Shown here: one piece after another, positions 54,593 through 64,000 of the stretch
Layout: every line of letters begins with the position of its first letter
Position numbering within the stretch: position 1 is the first letter of the stretch
The notes under the pieces: model-generated
The model's database searches: none
The model's input: the letters and a program-made list of their open reading frames with translations, nothing else
What the model was told of the DNA's origin: nothing
Program-made: the position numbers and the translations under genes
Assembly (NCBI RefSeq): GCF_006345805.1
Contig: NC_043011.1
Location: forward strand, 54,572,464-54,636,463
From: Octopus sinensis
Lineage: Eukaryota
DNA: 64,000 nucleotides
Direction of reading: 5' to 3'

Positions 54593-55318
54593 GTTTCTTT
54601 ACTAACCACAAGGGGCTAAACATAGAGGGGACAAACAAGGACAGACAAACGGATTAAGTCGATTACATCGGCCCCAGTGCGTAACTGGTACTTAATTTAT
54701 CGACCCCGAAAGGATGAAAGGCAAAGTCGACCTCGGCGGAATTTGAACTCAGAACGTAGCGACGGGCGAAATACCGCGAAGCACTTCGCTCGGCGTCCAA
54801 ACGTCTCTGCCAGCTCGCCGCCTTTATTTTGTATATTGTTTGTCCTGTATTGTTTCATTCTATGTTTGATCATAATGATCATAATAAAGATTTTTACCTC
54901 TAGTTGTCGAGTATCCATCATTGAAGAGACCAAGGAAGGTTGAAATAACCTTATCTGGTGGTCTCGGCGCTGGAGATGGCAGGGATTTACCTCACCGCTA
55001 GCAATATAAACAAGAGTGCATTTTTTTTTCACCAAAATCCAATTTGAGAGTTGCTTTCATGGTTTCCATCATTTCTCATGGTATCTATTTCTTTATTGCC
55101 CACAGGGGGCTAAACATAGTGGGAACAAACAAGGACAGACAAAGGGATTAAGTCAATTACATCGACTCCAGTGCGTAACTGGTACTTATTTAATCGACCC
55201 CGAAAGGATGAAAGGCAAAGTCGACCTCGGCGGAATTTGAACTCAGAACGTAGCGGCAGACGAAATACGGCTACACATTTCGCCCGGCGTGCTAACGGTT
55301 CTGCCAGCTCGCCGCCTT
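54593..55318 (-). mobile_element. Two SINE B copies (54593-54823, 55087-55318)
   Basis: Family homology. tggtatct flanks the second copy on both sides. Confidence 0.9.
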
Positions 55319-55887
55319 GGTATCTGCCGCAGTATACTTTGTTCTAACGGAACACACGTTTAGATGGCGGTAAATATTACCCAGCTAAATACTTTACAGG
55401 TTTTGCAATTGTTAAACCATGCAATCTCTGGAGATGCCTAGCTTTAATCAGAGATCATTAACATCACATCGCTGACGTAGCATCTCAGATCATTCATCTC
55501 CTTCGGAACCAGCTCGTTGAACAGCTGTGGACCTTATACAAAGCACACAAGTAATCCAACTTATTGATAGTGCTTCCATTTATAGGACGGCGCCGTTGCT
55601 ACACAAACACCACACACACACACACACACAGAGAAAGGATAAAGTCCTTCCCGGGTCATGAATACATTTAAGACCGTTTTCCCGGTTTGCGTGACGCGTA
55701 TATTTTCCCCCGGGACAGGTCGCTAGTCCGTCGCAAGATTATTCCCTTTTTGCCGGCTGAGTGGAATAGAGCAACATAAAATTTAATGTTTTGCTCAAGA
55801 ACATGACGTGTTGCCCGGTTCAGGATTTGAAACCACAGTCTTAACGATCACATGTCCAACACCCCTAACCACTAATCCACATGCCTC

Positions 55888-55928
<41 letters not shown>

Positions 55929-56227
55929 ACATTAATATGTCTGATTGTAGGCCTTCACTAAAACCCATTATATCCATTTATACACCCACACGCTGAGCTT
56001 CTCTTTCGTCTATCATCATTACAAAAGTTCCTCCTCCTCCTTCTCTTCCACACAAGATACCCTCCACACACGCAGGCCTCCAGTTGTGCATCCTTACCCC
56101 ACCACCATCGTCCAAGGATCCGGCACCAAACACCATTTAACCTTTAACTTGCGAACTGCAACAACGCCCTGGAACTTCCTTCCTGTTGTGTTTTATCACC
56201 AAACATCATCCTCAGAATGATATGCTT

Positions 56228-56280
<53 letters not shown>

Positions 56281-56298
56281 TATATATATATGAATAAA

Positions 56299-56331
<33 letters not shown>

Positions 56332-56351
56332 CATATATATATATATGAGAA

Positions 56352-56387
<36 letters not shown>

Positions 56388-56477
56388 TAAATAAATTATT
56401 TATTTTTCCGTGTTAATTGTTAACAAGGTAAAATACACTCATCTAGTTTATATATATATAATATATATATATATATT

Positions 56478-56642
56478 GGCTGTGTGGTAAGTAGCCTTGC
56501 TTACCAACCACATGGTTCTGGGTTCATTCCCACCGCATGGCACCTTGGGCAAGTGTTTTCTACTATAGCCTCGGGCCGACCAAAGCCTTGTGAGTGGATT
56601 TGGTAGACGGAAACTGAAAGAAGCCCGTCGTATATATGTGTT

Positions 56643-56683
<41 letters not shown>

Positions 56684-56875
56684 CTGTGTTTGTCCCCCCA
56701 ACATTGCTTGACAACCGATGCTGGTGTATTTCCGTCCTCGTAACTTAGCGGTTCGGCAAAAGGGACCGATACAATAAGTACTAGGCTTCCAAAGAATAAG
56801 TCCTGGGGTCGATTTGCTCGACTAAAGGCGGTGCTCCAGCATGGCCGCAGTCAAAGAACTGAAACAAGTAAAAGT
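56478..56875 (+). mobile_element. SINE family A
   Basis: Family homology. Confidence 0.9.
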
Positions 56876-56882
56876 GAATATG

Positions 56883-56936
<54 letters not shown>

Positions 56937-57344
56937 TAATGTATATATATATATATATACATATACTTGTGTTTTTATACATCACTGGTGAGTGCGCATT
57001 TTGCTCGGCGTGTTAATGATTCTGCTAGCTCGCCACCGTCAGTGCATTAAAATTATGTTGTTTAATCCACATTGTTTTGGATTAACCATGGCTTATCTTG
57101 CAGCTTCAAACGTTTGATGGTGTGATTGCTTATTTTTAGAATGATACTGTAGGACAGGCGTGAGAGGCTGGATCTGATCGGTTTGAATATAAACCAGGTA
57201 GAATATGTGGGTCGGATATGGCCGGTTTAAATGCTAGAGTCAAATGCTCAATGCTTCACTGTATAGCTATTTTAACTTTCTCTAGCGGTATTGAGTACTT
57301 TCGTGGTGTACAGTAGAGACCTCTTGGCCGTCCTTGCAGATGTC

Positions 57345-57742
57345 AGTAGCAGAAGCGTTATTGCGCCGGGCGAAATGCTTTGCGGTATTTCATCTGCCGT
57401 TACGTTTTGAGTTCAAATTCCGCCGTGGTCGACTTTGCCTTTCATCCTTTCAGGGTCGATAAATTAAGTACCAGTTACACACTGGGGTCGATGTAATCGA
57501 CTTAATCCGTTTGTCTGTCCTTGTTTGTCCTCTCTGTGTTTAGCCCCTTGTGGGTAGTAAAGAAATAGGTATTTCGTCTGCCGCTACGTTTTGAGTTCAT
57601 ATTCCGCCGAGGTCGACTTTGCCTTTCATCCTTTCGGGGTCGATAAATTAAGTACCAGTTACGTACTGGGGTCGATGTAATCGACTTAATCCTTTTGTTT
57701 GTCCCCTCTATGTTTAGCCCCTTGTGGGCAATAAAGAAATAA
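57345..57742 (+). mobile_element. Dimeric SINE B
   Basis: Family homology. Confidence 0.9.
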
Positions 57743-57776
57743 GTAGTACATTCATTTTTGTATAAGCAGTTTGCTT

Positions 57777-57813
<37 letters not shown>

Positions 57814-58289
57814 TTTCTTCATTGCTGGGCAAAGTGACACTGTCAGTCGTCTCCTCCGTTCCACCGTCACGGCCCTTCACGCAGCACAACGTAACCGATT
57901 CATGAGAAAGAATGAGAGATGGGGAAATAGAGAGACGGGGAAAGAGGGAGAGAAAAAGTGTGTGAAAGGAGAATTGCCTTCAGTATTTGATTGATAAAAT
58001 TATTTATCGATCCAATAGAATTTCGAACACTTCCTGAGATTCGAGCGCAGAACGCAAAGCGCTGGAACAAATCCGGTTAAGCATTCTATGCTATGCACGA
58101 ACAACTCTTTATATACAGCAACGCATTGTGAGACTAACATTTATATATCAATAAGATATAACAGTCTCCAAACACACGCGCGTAATGTAAATGCATGTTG
58201 CAAACACATGTTAGAGAAATAAGTATAAACAGAAGTTTATGTTGAAGTTCTTACGCACGTTTCATTATTATGATTGTTAGAAGCCCAGT

Positions 58290-58680
58290 TGTCGTTGGAA
58301 GCACTCCGTCGGTTACGACGACGAGGGTTCCGGTTGATCCGATCAACGGAACAGCCTGCTCGTGAAATTAACGTGCAAGTGGCTGAGCACTCCACAGACA
58401 CGTGTACCCTTAACGTAGTTCTCGGGGATATTCAGCGTGACACAGAGAGTGTGACAAGGCCGGCCCTTTGAAATACAGGTACAACAGAAACAGGAAGTAA
58501 GAGTGAGAGAAAGTTGTGGTGAAAGAGTACAGCAGGGATCACCACCATCCCTTGCCGGAGCCTCGTGGAGCTTTAGGTGTTTTCGCTCAATAAACACTCA
58601 CAACGCCCGGTCTGGGAATCGAAACCGCGATCCTACGACCGCGAGTCCGCTGCCCTAACCACTGGGCCATTGCGCCTCCT
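58290..58680 (-). mobile_element. SINE family C, tail type 3, 10-bp TSD
   Basis: gaagcccagt at 58280-58289 and 58681-58690. Confidence 0.9.
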
Positions 58681-58694
58681 GAAGCCCAGTAATA

Positions 58695-59700
58695 AGTGTT
58701 CCATGTGCGTTCAGATATTCAGTCACGACAAATCATCAGATCCCTGAGGAGTGTTCATATTTCAGGTCCATCAAATATTCCTGCCTGCTTTTCGTCACTG
58801 AGACTTGGAAAGGTTGTACATATATTTCTGAAGCAGGTCTCCAAATTCCATCACAAGTTTTGCAAACTTTGTGAGAAGCCCAGCTTCTGTCCTGGTCTCC
58901 AAGTGTTTACTTTAATGTAAGCAAGGTACACCTTTTTCACATAGTTACTAATGTTGCGCCTCTGAGCCTGTGGAGTTAAGTTTCGACAGACGTAACAGAA
59001 GATATCGGGGTCATTACAGCACGCCTTTCTTTTCGATGCTGTATCCATAACTAGTTCACAGTGGATCCAGTTCACACCTGAAAAGAAGAGGACGAACTTT
59101 AAAGCAAAACTCAGCTTGAACATATTCAAAACTAGCAGTATCGCCCGGCGTTGCTCGGGTTTGCTTCGACCCTTTAGAATTGGAGTTTCAGAAAAGTAAA
59201 ATATTTGCATTATGTAGCTTGTTATTCTCTTTAAGTGAACATTTTTCTGGTTGAAATACATCGAAAAATGGCGACGCAGCAGTCAAAAAATCGTAAAAAA
59301 AATAAGGGTTTTCATAGAAAAAAGCACCTTTTTCATGTAAATAATTTTTGGTGTTAACATGGTCCGATTTGAATTTTTTCTTCTACGGAAGGAAGAACAA
59401 GCCTTCTTCTATCATACTCTCAATTTTGGTCAACTTGCGCCGCAGGGTCTTGGAGGAGATAGTGTTAGTTGAAGGCTTACCAAACCTGCCATACACAGAC
59501 AACTTCAGCTTTATAGAGAGAGAGAAAGATTAGCATGACGAACCATTCTTGCAAATAGTGGTGTAAAGTTAACTTTTGGTATGCTCCAGGTAAATAAGGG
59601 TATATACTGATGGCACAAAAATGTGATGTGTTACAGCAAATCTGAGGTCAGTTTTGGATTCAGCACCCAAAAATTAGTCTAAAACAGCTCTAAGATTTTA
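58695..59700 (-). pseudogene. 5' part of a probable DNA transposon with a Cys-rich N-terminal ORF, interrupted by a Helitron-like element
   Basis: MDTASKRKACCNDPDIFCYVC...ISNYVKKVYLAY, then frameshifted LGDQDRSWASHKVCKTC. Resembles a recalled invertebrate transposon-associated protein. Superfamily not assigned. Confidence 0.65.
59132..59529 (-). mobile_element. Non-autonomous Helitron-like element
   Basis: Reverse-complement copy of 10968-11351. Confidence 0.8.
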
Positions 59701-60017
59701 TACCAGAAAATAAAAGTTTATTTCGTTGATAAATGTTATCAAAGTAGTAAAAAAAGAAAGGTGAAGAGATAAAATCATAAAGACAGACCAATAGAAAGAC
59801 TTTTGTTTTCGGTCTGTCATTCTGTCTTTCCGATCCATGTGGTTATGTGATAAGAATTCTGCTTCCCAACCACATGGTTTCGGGTTCAGTCCCACTGTGT
59901 GGCACCTTGAGATTCTACAATAGCCTCGGGCTGACCAAATCCTTGTGAGCGAATCTGGTAGACGGAAACTGAAAGAAACCTGTCGTATATATATGTGTGG
60001 CGTGTGTGTGTATAAAA

Positions 60018-60509
60018 TAGTGTACGTATTTATACACAAAAGAAGTTACCTTTAACAGGACACCTTACATGCTGGAAAGGGCAGTTAAAACCCAAACCAC
60101 GAATAAGAGTAATTTCAAAGGGAATGAAAACTTAGAATATTTTATAGTTAACCCTAGACTCGAGTTTCTGCACTAATGTGCAAATAAATTAATTTGCCAT
60201 CCGTGCTTCTTCGGTAAGGGCGCTAAAATTAATGCATATTTATGCAGCGCAGAGAATACACGCGCTACATACTTATACAGTCTAATTTTTCAAATCCACC
60301 GCGCAAGCGCAGTTACATTCGGCTGCAAATAATAATAAAAAAATTAAAGCTGCGTACCGGAGAGCTTCGAAACTACGAAAGTTTTACTGTGAAAATAAGA
60401 AGGGTAGAAAATTTAGTGTAAGTATTTATACACAAAAGAGGTGACCTGTAACAGGACACCTTACATGCTGGAAAGGGCAGTTAAAGCCCAAACCATGAAT
60501 AATAAGAGT
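60018..60509 (-). mobile_element. ~396-bp unit with ~93-bp direct repeat, retrozyme/pLTR-like, inserted inside SINE A (59835-60745)
   Basis: 60018-60110 repeats at 60414-60509. Contains the hammerhead at 60152-60220. Confidence 0.7.
60152..60220 (-). ncRNA. Type-I hammerhead motif, C4 variant
   Basis: Reverse complement reads ccctta CCGAAGA a GCAC...gcaaat-taattt-atttgc...GTGC a GAAA CTCGAG TC taggg. Confidence 0.7.
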
Positions 60510-60870
60510 GTGTGTGTTTTTGTGTCTGCGTTTCCGCCGCCGCCGCCACCACCACCACCACCACCGCTCAACAACCAGTGTTGGTGTGTTGACGTCCCCG
60601 TAACTTAGCGGTTCGGCGATAGAGACCGATAGTGAATGTACCAGAATTAAAAAAAAACACGGGTCGATTCTTTCGACTAAAATTCTTCAAGGCAGTGCCC
60701 CAGCATGGCCACAGGCTAATGATTTAAAAAATTAAGATAAAAGAAAAGATATCAGTTCAAAGAGCATTTAAGACATTCTGTGATAAATTCAAATGTAGAT
60801 ACGCTGCAGTTTGACAGATGTAAATACACCTCGTTATTCTCTTCGCACGGAAAAAATACGAGAATATTAT

Positions 60871-60910
60871 GACATGACATGTTTCGTAGCTTGTTGGCCT
60901 TTCATCTGTC
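60871..60910 (-). ncRNA. Degenerate hammerhead motif
   Basis: Reverse complement reads ga CAGATGA aaggc-caacaa-gctac GAAA CATG TC atgtc. Confidence 0.4.
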
Positions 60911-61171
60911 GGTGGTTACGCGTCGAGTTTTTACTTTTCTATGGCTGAAAATAAAGGAACTGACGGCGGCGGCGATGGTGGTGGTGGTGGTGGTGGTGGT
61001 GGTGGATTAATTATCCACTGATAAGCAGCCAACTAACCATGAAACATGCGTTACTAATCTAATGAATGTGCCTCTGTCTAGACCGACCGACAGACAGACG
61101 GACCGATTGATAGATAGATCGGTAGATAGATAGATAGATAGACAGATAGATAGATAGATAGATAGATAGAC

Positions 61172-61235
<64 letters not shown>

Positions 61236-61302
61236 TGACAGACGAGCAAGCAGGCAGACAAGCAGACAGACAGGCAGGCAGATAGATAGATACATAGATA
61301 GG

Positions 61303-61383
<81 letters not shown>

Positions 61384-61698
61384 GGACGGACAGACGGACA
61401 GACGGACGGACGGACGGACGACGGACAGACGGACGGACGGACGACGGACAGACGGACGGATAGACAGACGGATAGACAGACACCGGTTGTTCAGGTGTGG
61501 CTTTTCATCATAATACAATAAATACAATTGACAGAGAAACTGTTTTGAAATCTAATTAGTCGAATCGCCTTCAATTTATTATGAATTTGTGATATTTTAG
61601 TTTCTATTATTTAATTTCTGCTGTGGCCTATTGGAAGAAAAAAAAGGTGTTTGTTGCTGATAGACGTAATAGAACCAGTAAGCGTTGCAGTTATCGAC

Positions 61699-62240
<542 letters not shown>

Positions 62241-62451
62241 TGGATGGTTTTTATTGGTGTTGTTTGCTGTTAGTGGCATTTGTGATGCGATAATAGGAAA
62301 CGCGTAGGCTGTAGTGCCGAGCGGGAAGATGGCGGCGGTTTCCGTCTGTTGATGATGGCTGTTGTAGTGGTTGTTATGGTTATTTTTTTCTTTTCATTGT
62401 ACAAGATTGTACGTCGTATCTGTAGCTGTGTAGCTGTGTGTGTGTGTGTGT

Positions 62452-62497
<46 letters not shown>

Positions 62498-62663
62498 TAT
62501 TTATACTTGCATAGTGGCAAATCTACATACAGGTGTGTGTGTGTGTGTGTATTTACATATATGTCAGATAGAGAGATAGATAGCTAATCTATCTCTCTCT
62601 GTATATATATATGTGTGTATGTGTGTATATGCATATATGTATATATATTTATATATATATATA

Positions 62664-62714
<51 letters not shown>

Positions 62715-62734
62715 CGTATGTATATATATATTTA

Positions 62735-62768
<34 letters not shown>

Positions 62769-62814
62769 CATATATATACATATATATATATATACATATA
62801 TATATATTATATTT

Positions 62815-62846
<32 letters not shown>

Positions 62847-62974
62847 CATTATATATACATATATAGATATATAGATACAGATATAGATATAAAATATGCG
62901 TTCATACATACACACGCATAAATATATACATAAATGAATATATATATACACATCACATACACACACATATATGA

Positions 62975-63013
<39 letters not shown>

Positions 63014-63852
63014 TGTGTATATGTTCGTAAGTACATATATATATATATAAGCTTATATACACGTGCATATGCATATGTATGTACATGCATATATCTGTAT
63101 ACTCACACACACACACACACACACACACACCAAACATATATACACATACACACGCACATTCTCTTATATTCATATTTGCTTTTGTGAACGTCTGAGCGTG
63201 CGCACACGCGTAAATTACGAGATAGGTTAGCATGTATTGAGATAAGAATACTTTCACAAGAAGCCAGAGGGCATATATGATTTTCACCTTGATATTAACT
63301 GACAGTTATCCTTCATTGCCATTGTTAAACCGTACTCCTGTGTAAACGCTGGCACGGCTCCTGTTTTCTACAATAGAAATCACACAGATTCTGTTACATC
63401 CAACGCCGTCAGTCCGACTTTTCGGCATAAATCATGCTTTAATTGATCAGAGTTTTCAGACGTCCTGTTGGACATAACTTTGGTCAATCGGCCCAAATGT
63501 CGTACTTTCATATTGTGTCTTCAGCGCTATACTGTTTCCTTGGCAACGGTACTTAACTATCAATAGCACAGTCCGCTCTTTTGTAAAGAGGCGACATGTA
63601 GGATTTCAGATCAATGTAATTAATGGTTGTATTATTGTATAATTTTTCTCTTGTATGAGTAGATCGATGTTTTTTTGAATGAAATTGGAGTAGGCGAAGC
63701 AAGGAGTTTGCTAACTGTAGCTGCGTGTTTGGGATTTGGCCGACGGAAATTGTGCGGAAACCTATTCTATGTAAGAACACACATACACGCACACACACAC
63801 ACACACTCACATTTGCGATGTTACGTACTTAATATATGTGTTTTGTGTATGT

Positions 63853-64000
63853 AAGGCGGCGAGCTGGCAGAAACGTTAGCACGCCGGGCGAAATGCTTAG
63901 CGGTATTTCGTCTGCCGTTACGTTCTGAGTTCAAATTCCGCCGAGGTAGACTTTGCCTTTCATCCTTTCGGGGGTCGATAAATTAAATATCAGTTATGCA
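63853..64000 (+). mobile_element. SINE family B, cut by the window end
   Basis: aaggcggcgagctggcagaaacgttagc... Confidence 0.9.

Noticed and set aside
60352-60390. Second hammerhead on the plus strand (CCGGAGA gcttc GAAA ctacgaaag TT)
   Set aside because: Two core mismatches and stem I out of register, so it cannot be distinguished from chance.
63495-63527. Possible hammerhead on the minus strand (CTGAAGA cacaatat GAAA GTAC)
   Set aside because: No UH after the loop and no stem I pairing.

Overview
AT-rich eukaryotic non-coding DNA saturated with microsatellites ((TA)n, (CA)n, (TATC)n, (ATT)n, (GTA)n). The tRNA-headed SINE families suggest an octopus or other coleoid cephalopod (inference from recalled repeat families, not searched). 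I found no intact host protein-coding exon. Nearly all ORFs in the track are microsatellite or SINE read-through. The recognisable coding relics all come from transposons: a full-length but dead Tc1 (DD34E) split by a SINE, several mariner fragments, CR1, RTE and R4/Dong LINE fragments, and one further DNA-transposon fragment. Also present are non-autonomous Helitron-like elements, MITEs, minisatellites, fold-back hairpins and a tRNA-Asn pseudogene. The main hidden signal is a set of about 16 minimal type-I hammerhead-ribozyme folds (stem I / CUGANGA / stem II / GAAA / palindromic loop III / UH / stem I'). They sit in about a dozen unrelated short repeats and resemble Penelope pLTR or retrozyme sequences. 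Each family has its own loop-III palindrome. One copy carries a compensatory G3:C8 core swap, three carry a C4 variant, and one lies in a ~396-bp directly repeated unit. All folds were read by eye, and none has been tested computationally or biochemically.
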